From positions 67,533 through 131,532 of IMG/VR virus record IMGVR_UViG_3300027733_000034: a stretch of 64,000 nt of DNA; one strand, given 5' to 3'. The notes beneath the pieces are model-generated. The model was not told the DNA's origin. It saw nothing but the letters and a program-made list of their open reading frames with translations, and did not search any database. Source of the DNA: a virus. The position numbers were made by a program, and so were the translations under genes. Below, in pieces: positions 19,401 to 29,375 of the stretch (positions are counted from its first letter, which is position 1; the number at the start of each line of letters is the position of its first letter).

Positions 19401-20852
19401 TTACATGTAGATTCTGGCATTACCGGCTACATTGTCTGTGCTAAGACCCTTAACGATGATTACATGGTAGTACAAAGAAGCACCGAAGATGTAATCTACA
19501 ACTCCGTAACGGGTCATTAACCCTACGCGAGGTGCGAAATCTGTCGGTCCAACTGTACGTTGAATCATCACAGGGATGTACGGACAATAGACGATACCTG
19601 TATCGTAATACTCGGTACCTTTGTAACCTAATAAAGCATATTCAATACCTGTTCCTGCTGCATTACGGCTACCTAGGTTCTGAGCTTCGGTACGTGTGTC
19701 GCGGTAGATTGTAAAGCGGCCACCAACTGTACCAACTTTGGCAATGCCTGTTGGTTGTGTGTTGACGTTTCCGTTTACTGGCATCCACTGAAACTCAGGG
19801 AGCATCTCCAAAATCGCACAAACACGTGGTGTTGCAACAATGAAGTTTGCGGAACCACGGCGGTTACGAATGGCGATACGATTAGCTTCAACGATGACCT
19901 TGGCGTAGAAGTCACGATTACGTTCTCCCATCCAACGAGCATCAGCAGAAGCTGCATACCAGAAGCTATACCCAGTACCTTTACCTGCATTAAGAGACAA
20001 CTGAATCATGCGAACAATCATTTCACGGTCGATTTCGGCCTGAATTTCATACGACATAGCGTTTGTCAATTCAGAATCGATATCCAATCCGTTCATGTTC
20101 TTCAAATCCTGTTCCAATTCAACGGACCAGCGAGCTGCGAGGCGGCGTGTACCGGCTTCAACTGCGATCTTGCTGAATTCAACAGTTACTTGAGGAATGT
20201 TCCCAGTTAATTCAAACTGACTCAAGATAGCGGCTACACCCTGATCTTCTGCATTCCATGACCAATCGGAGGTAACTCCGGAAAGACCAGCGGAAGAAGT
20301 GCCAGTGAAACGTGTATCCAAATATTGATAACCAATTTCATTCGGTCCGGCAACGCGAGGAATTCCATTGGAACCCACACCTGTACCAGCACCGGGAGAA
20401 TTGACACCATCAATACCGTTTGTACCTAGAGCAGCATTTTCATATCTATAACGCATTGCAAATGCCATACCAACCGGACCATTCATAGGTTGAACTCCAA
20501 CGATTTCGTTGGTGATCAACTCAGGGAAAGTACGGCGGACCATAGGAATCAATACTTTAGGCATACGGGCATCACCACTAGCGTACCAATCAGACCCAGC
20601 GGGTCCTACTTGGCCACCGTAGTTGCCTGTTGCATTACCACCGAAAACACCACCGGAGGCGGTATTTCCAGTTTCATTTAAACACCACTTCTCTTGGTTT
20701 TCCATCAAGATGGCAGTAGCCAAACGGCTATGATCATTCTCAATTGGAGCTACCTTTGCGCTAGAGAAATCAAGCACTGGGGCCCATTTTTCTAGCAACT
20801 GAGTTGCGCGGTTACGATCGATATATCCTGGAGCGGAGCTAACATTACTCAT
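19401..20852 (-). CDS. Major capsid protein (T4 gp23-like)
   Basis: LLEKWAPVL, ILMENQE, VGVQPMNGPVG, SVELEQDLK...GLD...EL, YCPYIP, PRVGLMTRYG. Confidence 0.97.
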   Translation of the reverse strand: MSNVSSAPGYIDRNRATQLLEKWAPVLDFSSAKVAPIENDHSRLATAILMENQEKWCLNETGNTASGGVFGGNATGNYGGQVGPAGSDWYASGDARMPKVLIPMVRRTFPELITNEIVGVQPMNGPVGMAFAMRYRYENAALGTNGIDGVNSPGAGTGVGSNGIPRVAGPNEIGYQYLDTRFTGTSSAGLSGVTSDWSWNAEDQGVAAILSQFELTGNIPQVTVEFSKIAVEAGTRRLAARWSVELEQDLKNMNGLDIDSELTNAMSYEIQAEIDREMIVRMIQLSLNAGKGTGYSFWYAASADARWMGERNRDFYAKVIVEANRIAIRNRRGSANFIVATPRVCAILEMLPEFQWMPVNGNVNTQPTGIAKVGTVGGRFTIYRDTRTEAQNLGSRNAAGTGIEYALLGYKGTEYYDTGIVYCPYIPVMIQRTVGPTDFAPRVGLMTRYGVVDYIFGASLYYHVIIVKGLSTDNVAGNARIYM

Positions 20853-20870
20853 ATATTTTAATTAACTTTC

Positions 20871-20876
20871 TATTTA
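20871..20876 (-). promoter_or_regulatory. Putative gp55-dependent late promoter core TAAATA upstream of the capsid gene
   Basis: TAA(A/G)TA recurs upstream of most structural genes; related to the T4 late promoter TATAAATA. Confidence 0.6.
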
Positions 20877-20922
20877 CTGTGATATAATTTCGAGAAAAAC
20901 GTCATGTAATTCTCCAACTAAA

Positions 20923-21816
20923 TTATTTACCGAAGGACTTCAAGCCCTCCATGTAAAGGTTTACTGCAGGGTCAGCAGGTTGAGCTGATTCTACAAGAGT
21001 TTGTACAGGTCTAACAACCTTAGCATCTTTGGTAATTGCAGACTTTGTTGCAACTGTGGCTAGATTGTTAGCTGCAGAGCGATCATTTCTTTCAAACATA
21101 TCAACAACATAATTGAAGTTTTCATTGATATATTCTGGAGACTTATCACTCAAAATTTTGGTAAGAAATTCTTTCTTTGCGGAAGACATTCCTTTAGATT
21201 TCTGTTCAATAAACAAAGAAGCTTTTGTTTGTTTAACGGTTTCATTTAACTCAATGTTTTCTTTATAAGACTCATTGAGTTTTGCTTGAAGCTCATCAAT
21301 TTTAGATTTACCATTGATAACAACTTTTTTGAAATCTTCATTTAAAGAAGAAGGATCAAAGGAAATAATTTTCTTAATTTGTTCTAATTGATTACGAGCT
21401 GAGGTATTAGCAACAGCTTCACTCAATTGTTCCTTAGGAATCAATTTATCCAAATACAAATCTAAATAATTGCTCATTTCACTTACAATCTTATTGCTGA
21501 AAGTTTGAGCCTTTTCATTTACAGCCTTGGTGTAGTAATTAACTACTTTTTTGAGTTTTTCTGTGTGATTGATGTTGATCGCTTCAACCACTTCTTGGAG
21601 CTTAGAGGAATGATCTTTATCAATAGCCTCTATTAATGTTTTTAATTTAGCGGCGTGGTCAGTGTCCTGTTCATTTAAGGCTTTTTCCACTTCAAGTCCA
21701 ATGCGAGTAGAAACTTTCTCATTAACGGCAGCTTCAAATGCTTCTGCAATGGCTGTTGCTGCTTCCTCGTTAAGAGTATTTCCTTCAATGTTTTCTAGAA
21801 TAGCTGATATATTCAT
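20923..21816 (-). CDS. Prohead scaffolding protein (gp22-like)
   Basis: Coiled-coil; AFEAAVNEKV, NYLDLY; position immediately before gp23. Confidence 0.85.
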   Translation of the reverse strand: MNISAILENIEGNTLNEEAATAIAEAFEAAVNEKVSTRIGLEVEKALNEQDTDHAAKLKTLIEAIDKDHSSKLQEVVEAININHTEKLKKVVNYYTKAVNEKAQTFSNKIVSEMSNYLDLYLDKLIPKEQLSEAVANTSARNQLEQIKKIISFDPSSLNEDFKKVVINGKSKIDELQAKLNESYKENIELNETVKQTKASLFIEQKSKGMSSAKKEFLTKILSDKSPEYINENFNYVVDMFERNDRSAANNLATVATKSAITKDAKVVRPVQTLVESAQPADPAVNLYMEGLKSFGK

Positions 21817-21831
21817 ATTACAGGTATAAAT

Positions 21832-22071
21832 TTACTTATTCTTTTGGTATGCCCCTTTAGTAGCTTTTTTGCCCTTCATTTTAGCAAAAAATTCAGAAGC
21901 TTTATCTTTTTTGGATTTTTTTTCTGTTTTACCAGACATTTTATCGGCTTCTTTTTTAATTTTACCTTTGAGCTTGGCCTCTACAATAGTAGCTAGTGTA
22001 GAATTTGCAAAAGCAAATTGCTTTTCACAAAGCTGAGCTATGAATTTAGAAATAAGTTGTTTTTCTGTCAT
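21832..22071 (-). CDS. Small prohead core-like protein (gp67/68-like position)
   Basis: Start at MTEKQ after TAAATA; lies between protease and scaffold; basic C-terminus. Confidence 0.55.
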   Translation of the reverse strand: MTEKQLISKFIAQLCEKQFAFANSTLATIVEAKLKGKIKKEADKMSGKTEKKSKKDKASEFFAKMKGKKATKGAYQKNK

Positions 22072-22084
22072 AATTTGAATATAT

Positions 22085-22774
22085 TTATCTTGAATGGTTT
22101 TTAATTGCATTAATAAAAGCAATTACATGTTCTTTGAGAAATTGATTTTTATTTTTAGTAGGCAAAGAACTAATGCTCTTTTCAAATTGTTCATAATAAG
22201 GAGAAAATTCTCCGTTGTTACCAATAGTCCATTGCTTAGATTCTAAAATGCCATTCACGAAGGCAGTGGGAACCGATGGGTCCGCGACCACATCTACAGC
22301 AACTAGTCTAAAGTCGGCTACTCTATTCATTCCATTTTTCTCACTTACGAGTCTGCCTAAAGATCTACTAGAAACTCCTAATTTTACTCCTTGCAGAATT
22401 AAACCCTTCACCAAATTTCCTAATGGCATCCCTTCACCGTGAAGAATTTTGCTCTTGCCTTCAAAAATATTACCATTTTGTTTGAGGTCTGTTACTATAT
22501 GACAAACTCTTTCTAAATTAATTTCTGGGGATTGAGGATGGTTAAGTTCTCCAGTGGATCTGTTGTTATCAATCATTTCAACTCTGTAACGATCCACTTC
22601 TTTTACCATTTCTTCTAATGGATAAATTCTTTTATTTTTATTAGCTTCATTTGCCATCAAAAATGGTCCCTTAATAAACATATTAGAGGGAGAATTCTTG
22701 TTTTGTTCTTCCAACAAATAATTTACTTCATAAGTTGGTTCTTCTACTAGCAAACGGTAAACGTTATTACTCAT
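22085..22774 (-). CDS. Prohead protease (gp21-like)
   Basis: IKGPFL, NKNKRIYP, GELNHP, LGVSSRSLG, DVVADPSVPTAFVNGILE. Confidence 0.95.
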   Translation of the reverse strand: MSNNVYRLLVEEPTYEVNYLLEEQNKNSPSNMFIKGPFLMANEANKNKRIYPLEEMVKEVDRYRVEMIDNNRSTGELNHPQSPEINLERVCHIVTDLKQNGNIFEGKSKILHGEGMPLGNLVKGLILQGVKLGVSSRSLGRLVSEKNGMNRVADFRLVAVDVVADPSVPTAFVNGILESKQWTIGNNGEFSPYYEQFEKSISSLPTKNKNQFLKEHVIAFINAIKNHSR

Positions 22775-22791
22775 ATAAAAATTATAATTAA

Positions 22792-22799
22792 TATTTATA
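22792..22799 (-). promoter_or_regulatory. T4-type late promoter TATAAATA
   Basis: Exact T4 late consensus 17 nt upstream of the protease ATG. Confidence 0.7.
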
Positions 22800-22827
22800 C
22801 CAAGTGACGGCTTATTCAAAAACTAGT

Positions 22828-23292
22828 TTAAGATCTATTTAGATCTTTCTCAGTCATCACTATAAAAATATATCCATGTCTATCACACCATTTACGAGCT
22901 GCCGCCCATTTAGCAGTATTTGTAACATATTGAGTGTGTTCAAATAAAATAGTTTTTTTGCTTTTTTTGGCAGTTATTTTAGGAGCTTCACAAAATTTTT
23001 CTGGTTTAATTTCTATTAATAATTTTTTAATAGAATTATCAGCTTGTTTAAGAGCTACAACTAGATCAACAAAATACCTGTGCATTTTATTATCTAGAGG
23101 AGACATGTAAGGTATTATTACGGATTCAGACCCCCAGGAAATAACTTTTTCATTATTATCCATCCATCGATAGGCTTTTAATTCCAGACTAGATCTAAAA
23201 TAAATGGGATAAGATCCTCTATATTTTTCTGGTTTAGTTGGTATAAATTTACCTTGATTAAATTCAGAATTTTTATTGAGAGATTTTCTCAT
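22828..23292 (-). CDS. Head completion nuclease (gp4-like, TnsA-type)
   Basis: QGKFIP..PEKY.G, RSSLEL, WGSESVIIPY, HRYFVD, IEIKP, N.AKW.AA. Confidence 0.92.
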   Translation of the reverse strand: MRKSLNKNSEFNQGKFIPTKPEKYRGSYPIYFRSSLELKAYRWMDNNEKVISWGSESVIIPYMSPLDNKMHRYFVDLVVALKQADNSIKKLLIEIKPEKFCEAPKITAKKSKKTILFEHTQYVTNTAKWAAARKWCDRHGYIFIVMTEKDLNRS

Positions 23293-23295
23293 ATA

Positions 23296-24453
23296 TTACC
23301 CAATAAAGAATGGAATGGGTTCTCTGTCAATTAAGTCTGATGTTATCTCAACTTCTAATTTATCTCTTTCTGCTATACCCTGACTCATCAGGTCTGTATA
23401 ATTTATAGTTTGTCCTCCAAACAGAGCCGCTCCTGTATATTTTCCTCTAGCATGAGCAACTGCCATTTTAGTTAGAGCCATCACGTATTTGTAAACCCAT
23501 AATTGACTGACTATATGTTTAATTGGCTTTTGAAGTTTACATTTAACTAATCCATAATATACAGAGTTCTGTGTTGGTTCTGGAATAATTTTCAATATTT
23601 GATCTTCTGGATAAAATCTTAAATATGGAGTCAAAGCTAATGTTTTTTCTCTAAGATCTATCCAACCCTTCAAAGCTTGCCATGTTACTAAGTCATAACC
23701 AACATTACCTAATAAATGTCCAAAGTAAGCTTGTTGAGCTATGGCATGTTCTATAGTGAACAGAGTGTTTATGCCGGTGTTGCTACCTTCTATAAAAGAA
23801 GAAACATCAACAACTCTGCGATAGTTATTAAAATCAAAATCCCAACCAGTAAATCCACTATAACCATTCGGCACAGAGGTTAAAGATACTGTATTAGAAA
23901 CTTCTGCTGCAGTTTTGCCATTTAATATTACTACTTTATATTTTCCAACAGTAGGAACAAAAGAAAAAGAAATACGAACACTGTTTGTATCTATCGGTGT
24001 CACTGGAGCTATTACCAATCGATTGTTAGATGTATCATACACCGCTGGTATAACTGTGTCAGAATTTAAATTATGTGTAATAACAAATGTGTTATTTATA
24101 CCATCTCCAACTACACAGTCATACTCAGTTGCTCCACCAGTAGTTACTTGTGTAGGATCTTCATATGCTGTGGATAAATCTGGTGAAATATTAATCAATC
24201 TTCCGATAGGAAGTCCAACTCCAGTAATATAAAGATCAGATCTGAATATTAAAAATTCTTCAGTCATTCCAGCAAATTTAGTAAAATATTCACTAGCAAC
24301 ATTTATTATTTCATAGAGTTGCTCATCGGCTATCTCTATTTGAACCAATGGATATCCCAACATACGTTTAACCCTAAGGGCAAGCATGTCATAACTTGAG
24401 ATATTATTATTAAAAGTGGTACTTCCTCTAAAGTTGTCTGGTAAAACACCCAT
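23296..24453 (-). CDS. Neck protein (gp13-like) with an inserted beta-domain
   Basis: LGYPLVQIEIADEQL, WVYKYVMALTK....RGKY...LFGG..IN, P.PFFIG. Confidence 0.85.
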   Translation of the reverse strand: MGVLPDNFRGSTTFNNNISSYDMLALRVKRMLGYPLVQIEIADEQLYEIINVASEYFTKFAGMTEEFLIFRSDLYITGVGLPIGRLINISPDLSTAYEDPTQVTTGGATEYDCVVGDGINNTFVITHNLNSDTVIPAVYDTSNNRLVIAPVTPIDTNSVRISFSFVPTVGKYKVVILNGKTAAEVSNTVSLTSVPNGYSGFTGWDFDFNNYRRVVDVSSFIEGSNTGINTLFTIEHAIAQQAYFGHLLGNVGYDLVTWQALKGWIDLREKTLALTPYLRFYPEDQILKIIPEPTQNSVYYGLVKCKLQKPIKHIVSQLWVYKYVMALTKMAVAHARGKYTGAALFGGQTINYTDLMSQGIAERDKLEVEITSDLIDREPIPFFIG

Positions 24454-24461
24454 GTCTCTAC

Positions 24462-26321
24462 TTATCCCGCAGGTGTAGTAGGTACTTCAGTAGTTGTAGG
24501 AGTTGCTCCTAGTTCTGGTGCAGCGCCTTCACCTGCTGCTGGAATTGTAGGAGTAGTTTCTGGTGTACTTCCTCCAAATTCTGGAATATTAGAACCTCCT
24601 ATTCCTGATTCACCCCCGCTGCCGCTTCCAGCAGGAACTCCACCACTAGCGGCTTGTTGAGCCATTTCTATCTGTTCTCTCCAATTTGGACCAGCATTAG
24701 CAATCTGAGAAAGCTCCCATTTAAAAGCGGCTTCTTTGCGTAGCCATTCCATATTTTCACTAATCTTAGCATCACTATATTGTAGATAATGTCGCTGAGC
24801 AAATATATCAGAAATTCCTTCACTTTGAGCCATACTACCATAATTTTTCTGCTTGAGTTCAAATAATTGCTGTTCTCTGATAGCAAAATAATTTGAAGGG
24901 GCATTAAAATTTAAATTTATATAAGATTCGTGTAATTTATAATCTTTCCACCAACCTTTAATTTTAAGATGAGATATAAAGGCGTCTTTAAATCCAGAAG
25001 CAAACTGATTTTGCAAACGTATGATAAATTTTGCGAATTTTAATTCTTCGCGTAAAATTTCAGAACCATCTTTATAAGATTCATTAGGATTCAGTCGAGA
25101 AAGAGGCACTTTTAAACTCTTATAAAGTTTATTTACAAAATAAACTAAATCATCTAATTTTCCAAGATTATCTCCACCGGGCAATACTGATACATCGGAC
25201 CCAGTTTCTCCAGTACGTTTAGCAAACCAATAACTATCTAACATGGATTGAGGATTGTAGGAATTTGCTATACCTCCTTTACTTCCATCAAACACTTGTT
25301 TAGACCAATATTGTTGTTTAAGTTGTTCTAAATAAGCGGTAGCTTTAGCTGGAGGCATATTTCCAACATCAATAACAAATTTAAGCCTTTCCGGAGCTCT
25401 GACCAGGCGATAAATAATAATTGCATCTTCTAGTAAAGAAAGAAGTTTGTAGGCTCTTCTACAATTTTCTATAAATGGCATTTTAACAGTCAGATCTTCG
25501 TTCCAAATGCCAGAATTAATATAGGTAATTTGATTACCTTGTAGAGTCAAAATTTGATTCTGCAAATTATTTGCAGAAGAAATATTACTTTGACCTTGTG
25601 AAAGAGCTGATGCTGGATTTTTCTGTAAACTAATTGGTTTTTGAAATATAAAATTTTCAATAACATTGTTTTGTACATTATCATATACTGGATTGATAAT
25701 CTCTGATGGAATGGCCAATGCTCCAATAATTCCGTAGCTTGTATCTTCTTTATAGATAATATTTTCAAAGAAAATTTCTCCTTCTATAAGAAAATGTCTG
25801 CAGTACCCCCATCCTTTATGTTCTAAATCATAAATGTTAATGAATTTTTCAAATTCTTTTTGTATTTCAGTTTTTTCTTCAGAACTAAGATCTGCAAATG
25901 GAGAAAAATTTAAATGTACTATTTTTTCATTCTCGTCTTTGACTATAAACTCATCACATATTTCATCTAGACAATCAGACACTTCTGAAAAAGAAGCCAT
26001 ACGACGATATTCAGATATTCTGCGAATTTTATCTGTATCTACATGAGCATATATGTAATTGTGATAAGGATTCTGAGAACCAAATGTATTTCCTCTATTA
26101 GAATCACCATACACAGAGGTCATTGCCGGACCAGTAATGACAGACTGCTTTAAGAGTCTCATTTCTGTCTTCTTAGAAAGTCTGTCAAATAATTCGTATT
26201 TGGTATTACCTTGATTGACATCTAATCCGGCAGAGATATAAGGAAGTCTCTGCAAAACATTAGCTATAAAATTATTAGAGGCACCTGAACCTCGAGGAGA
26301 ATTGGAGAGAACATCTGGCAT
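24462..26321 (-). CDS. Portal protein (gp20-like)
   Basis: LLEDAIIIYRLVRAPER..F.IDVGNMP..KA..Y, LPGGDNLG, LYKSLKVP.SRL, REELKFAKFI.RL. Confidence 0.96.
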   Translation of the reverse strand: MPDVLSNSPRGSGASNNFIANVLQRLPYISAGLDVNQGNTKYELFDRLSKKTEMRLLKQSVITGPAMTSVYGDSNRGNTFGSQNPYHNYIYAHVDTDKIRRISEYRRMASFSEVSDCLDEICDEFIVKDENEKIVHLNFSPFADLSSEEKTEIQKEFEKFINIYDLEHKGWGYCRHFLIEGEIFFENIIYKEDTSYGIIGALAIPSEIINPVYDNVQNNVIENFIFQKPISLQKNPASALSQGQSNISSANNLQNQILTLQGNQITYINSGIWNEDLTVKMPFIENCRRAYKLLSLLEDAIIIYRLVRAPERLKFVIDVGNMPPAKATAYLEQLKQQYWSKQVFDGSKGGIANSYNPQSMLDSYWFAKRTGETGSDVSVLPGGDNLGKLDDLVYFVNKLYKSLKVPLSRLNPNESYKDGSEILREELKFAKFIIRLQNQFASGFKDAFISHLKIKGWWKDYKLHESYINLNFNAPSNYFAIREQQLFELKQKNYGSMAQSEGISDIFAQRHYLQYSDAKISENMEWLRKEAAFKWELSQIANAGPNWREQIEMAQQAASGGVPAGSGSGGESGIGGSNIPEFGGSTPETTPTIPAAGEGAAPELGATPTTTEVPTTPAG

Positions 26322-26370
26322 ATGATTTTATATTTAGGTAAAATTGTAACTTAACACTACATTATTTCTA

Positions 26371-27453
26371 TTAAGTAACATGTAATTTATAGGAATTTAA
26401 TTTTCCATATCCGGCTTCATTTTCTACAATGATATCAACAAATCCGGGAAGAGCTGGAATTTCCGGAAAACTAAATTCTATATGTTGATCATCTATTGCA
26501 TTGAAAGTAGTAGATACCGCTTTGAAAGGAGTATATACAGATGATAATTTTGTAGAACTAATGAATGGTGAAAATGTGGTAATGTTATTAAACATTAATA
26601 GGTTCGAGGCACTTAAATATACATTAAGAGGTTGAATGAGATATTTTCCGTATATATCAAATGTTGTGGATGATACATTTGGTGTAAAAATTTCTTGAGG
26701 AAATACTGCTTTAATAAATGGACAAGCAGAAATGGAAAAATATTCTGTTTCTGGGTATTTAAGTAAAGTATCTCCATCTCGTAGGTGTGAGGTGGCACTA
26801 TAATCACTATCTATATAAAATATCTTCTTGTAAGGTTCATCAAATTTCTTAAACATCCAACCCTTTATAGTAAAAGAGGTATCTGCTGTAACCATGAAAT
26901 TTTGGGAGGCATTTAATTCTTTAGGATATGAAGTGTTTACAATTCCACTCCAAAGTACTTCTGATCTAATTTCAAATTGAGTACTAGAATTTTCTAGTCC
27001 GGGAAATTTCCAAGAAATAACTATATAAGGATCACAATATGGTACAAAATTACTGATAATTTGATCCATATGTTCCTGATATTTTGTAACTATTGACATA
27101 TTGACAGTTACATCAACTGGTATGGGTTGAGGAATTCTCTTTAAAAATACTTCAGACTTGGGTTGATCCACTGGAAGTATAAATCCGTTATTTTTATTAA
27201 AAACTCTACTCTTATCTCTGGAAATAGTTCCAAAACTTACAGCTATGACCGGAAGTTGCATTGCACCTGGACCCGGTGCAACCAAAGAGGCATATACTCG
27301 TTGTTTGGGAGAATATACAAAATTAACATTTTTTTCACTACCAGGTATATAAGTGTTCTTGTTATCGTATCCTTTAATAATGATATCATTGAAAGCAGCA
27401 ACAAATTGCTCCATCATGGTTTTTAATTCAAAGTTAAAAGTATAATTTCTCAT
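26371..27453 (-). CDS. Tail terminator/sheath stabiliser (gp15-like) with C-terminal Ig/IPT-like extension
   Basis: F...FNDIII, YSPKQR, LPVIAV, PIPVDV.VNMSI.TK..E.MDQI, FTIKGWMF. Confidence 0.75.
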   Translation of the reverse strand: MRNYTFNFELKTMMEQFVAAFNDIIIKGYDNKNTYIPGSEKNVNFVYSPKQRVYASLVAPGPGAMQLPVIAVSFGTISRDKSRVFNKNNGFILPVDQPKSEVFLKRIPQPIPVDVTVNMSIVTKYQEHMDQIISNFVPYCDPYIVISWKFPGLENSSTQFEIRSEVLWSGIVNTSYPKELNASQNFMVTADTSFTIKGWMFKKFDEPYKKIFYIDSDYSATSHLRDGDTLLKYPETEYFSISACPFIKAVFPQEIFTPNVSSTTFDIYGKYLIQPLNVYLSASNLLMFNNITTFSPFISSTKLSSVYTPFKAVSTTFNAIDDQHIEFSFPEIPALPGFVDIIVENEAGYGKLNSYKLHVT

Positions 27454-27481
27454 TATTAAAGGATACTTAGTTCCGGAAACA

Positions 27482-29146
27482 TTACATGAAACGTTCTAAG
27501 AAGTATTTTGGTAAATGTTTTTTATTACTTGTTACCGCCTTAACTGCCGCGCCGTCTAAAATATAGGTTACTGAATGATCTTTAATTGACCTCGTGCATC
27601 GACCACTCATTTGAATCAGTGTATCTAACATCTTCATACCATAATATTGAGGATTTTTATCGAATTGTTTCTTAATTCTTTTAGAACCTAACGGCAAATA
27701 CGGAGCCTTTATAATGATTTGAAATCTACCAAGATCATCATCCAGGCTTACTCCTGTGTCTAATGAAGGGCTAACCAAAATAGTATCTTCATCTACTCGA
27801 GACTTGTGCTCTTTGATAATATCTTCATTAGAAACTCCGGTATCTCTAAATAAAAATCTATTGTTTTTATTAAATTTTCGTTTAACCTGCTCAGTAATGG
27901 CTGTGGTATGGGTGTGTATCAATCCTTTCTCTCCTTTATGTGATTCACATATCTTAGAAACCATCTCTAACACCTTAGGAAGATTGACTTCTAGGGTCTT
28001 AAATGATAGGCTATACTTCGAAGAACAATAGATAGGAGATTTTGATGCTTCGAAAACTGAATCGGTATCAATAAACTCATAGTCTTTCTCTGAAATACCT
28101 ATACTTTTAGCATATTCTTGTACATTGCTGATGGTTGCAGACATTAAAAGCACATGATCTGCCATTTCAAACAATTCTTTTGCTAAAGGTTTGATGTCAA
28201 AAGGTACAAATGTAACTTCTTTAGCATCTTTACTTTCTACTAGATATTGACAAGATTGCCAATTCAAAACTACATCCATAACTGCATTATAAAGACTGGT
28301 CAATTTACCCAGTCTTTGTTGTTGTTTAAACAACAAACTTTCAAATCCATTTTTATTTGACATTAAAGATACTTTTTGTTTTACATCTGCCACCAGATCT
28401 TTTAATTGCAAATATATATCATGAACCCATAGTCCGGCTTCTTCACTATCATCTGAAATTACCTTCTTGAATACAATTTCTTCTGCTGCTAATTGAGCAT
28501 AATTTAATGTCACGGAGTATTGACCCACTAATTCACTTTCAATTTTATCTGCTTCATCAAATATAACAAACTGTCTACGTTGTAAAAATTTAGGCATATT
28601 AAAATATGCTCTATAATTCAATATAGGATCATTTGAAATTAAAGCATTTTTTCGAACCTTGTAATAAGGACATCTATCTTCTTCAAAACATTCTTGTTTT
28701 AATTTAGAGCTAAACAAACAAGGAGCAAAATCTACTGTTACATTGGGATCTACTGCACAATTATAATTATTTTTACCCTTCGCAGCAATGGCTTCTGGAA
28801 ATAATTCTAGGTATTGATTCTGTAAAGATCTAGTTACGGTTAATATTGCTGATCCATAAGATGATCCAGACAAGAAGGTTTCCTTGTGAAGATATTCACC
28901 GTTTTGATCTCTTTTGAATGCTTTATAACTATCTAAAAGAGATCGCCTGGTTTCATCTATTTTATTAGAGGACCTTGCTATCGCCGTGGCTATATGAGAT
29001 TTTCCTGATCCCGTAGGTAGTCTAGCTATAACAAATTTTTTACCAGATGAAAATTTCTTATAAATTTTCTCTAAGGCATCAATTTGCTGTGGTCTGGGTG
29101 TTGGGCCCGGAAAGTTGTTCAAAAAGTTTGATATATTTGTTTTCAA
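27482..29146 (-). CDS. DinG/Rad3-like SF2 helicase with probable Fe-S cluster
   Basis: PRPQQ, LPTGSGKS, FDEAD, MSAT, QMSGR..R; four Cys (NC..APC..C..CPYY); TTG start. Confidence 0.88.
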   Translation of the reverse strand: MKTNISNFLNNFPGPTPRPQQIDALEKIYKKFSSGKKFVIARLPTGSGKSHIATAIARSSNKIDETRRSLLDSYKAFKRDQNGEYLHKETFLSGSSYGSAILTVTRSLQNQYLELFPEAIAAKGKNNYNCAVDPNVTVDFAPCLFSSKLKQECFEEDRCPYYKVRKNALISNDPILNYRAYFNMPKFLQRRQFVIFDEADKIESELVGQYSVTLNYAQLAAEEIVFKKVISDDSEEAGLWVHDIYLQLKDLVADVKQKVSLMSNKNGFESLLFKQQQRLGKLTSLYNAVMDVVLNWQSCQYLVESKDAKEVTFVPFDIKPLAKELFEMADHVLLMSATISNVQEYAKSIGISEKDYEFIDTDSVFEASKSPIYCSSKYSLSFKTLEVNLPKVLEMVSKICESHKGEKGLIHTHTTAITEQVKRKFNKNNRFLFRDTGVSNEDIIKEHKSRVDEDTILVSPSLDTGVSLDDDLGRFQIIIKAPYLPLGSKRIKKQFDKNPQYYGMKMLDTLIQMSGRCTRSIKDHSVTYILDGAAVKAVTSNKKHLPKYFLERFM

Positions 29147-29375
29147 TTTCTTTTAATATATCTAAATTTAAATTTTTTTGCACGCAGGAACATGGAGTAT
29201 GTGTAAAATTTTCTGTTTGTATTCCTCTAAATCCTCTCCCGTAACATTTATTACAATTTTTACTAGAATTTTTTTTAAGAGGCAAGTATCCGAGTCCTAT
29301 ATTTTTGAGATCTTCTTCTAAAAGATTACAAAAAGTACCAGAAAATACATTAAAACAAATGTGGATGTTATTCAT
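29079..29375 (-). CDS. Small Zn-finger protein
   Basis: CNKCYGRG...PCSC. Confidence 0.6.
   Translation of the reverse strand: MNNIHICFNVFSGTFCNLLEEDLKNIGLGYLPLKKNSSKNCNKCYGRGFRGIQTENFTHTPCSCVQKNLNLDILKEIENKYIKLFEQLSGPNTQTTAN

Noticed and set aside
20890-20916. Weak GAGAA/TTCTC inverted repeat between scaffold and capsid genes
   Set aside because: The 5-bp stem with a long loop is too weak to call a regulatory RNA
22828-23292. TnsA-like nuclease as evidence of a Tn7-like transposon
   Set aside because: It is the T4 gp4-type head completion protein within the head module; no other transposition genes are present
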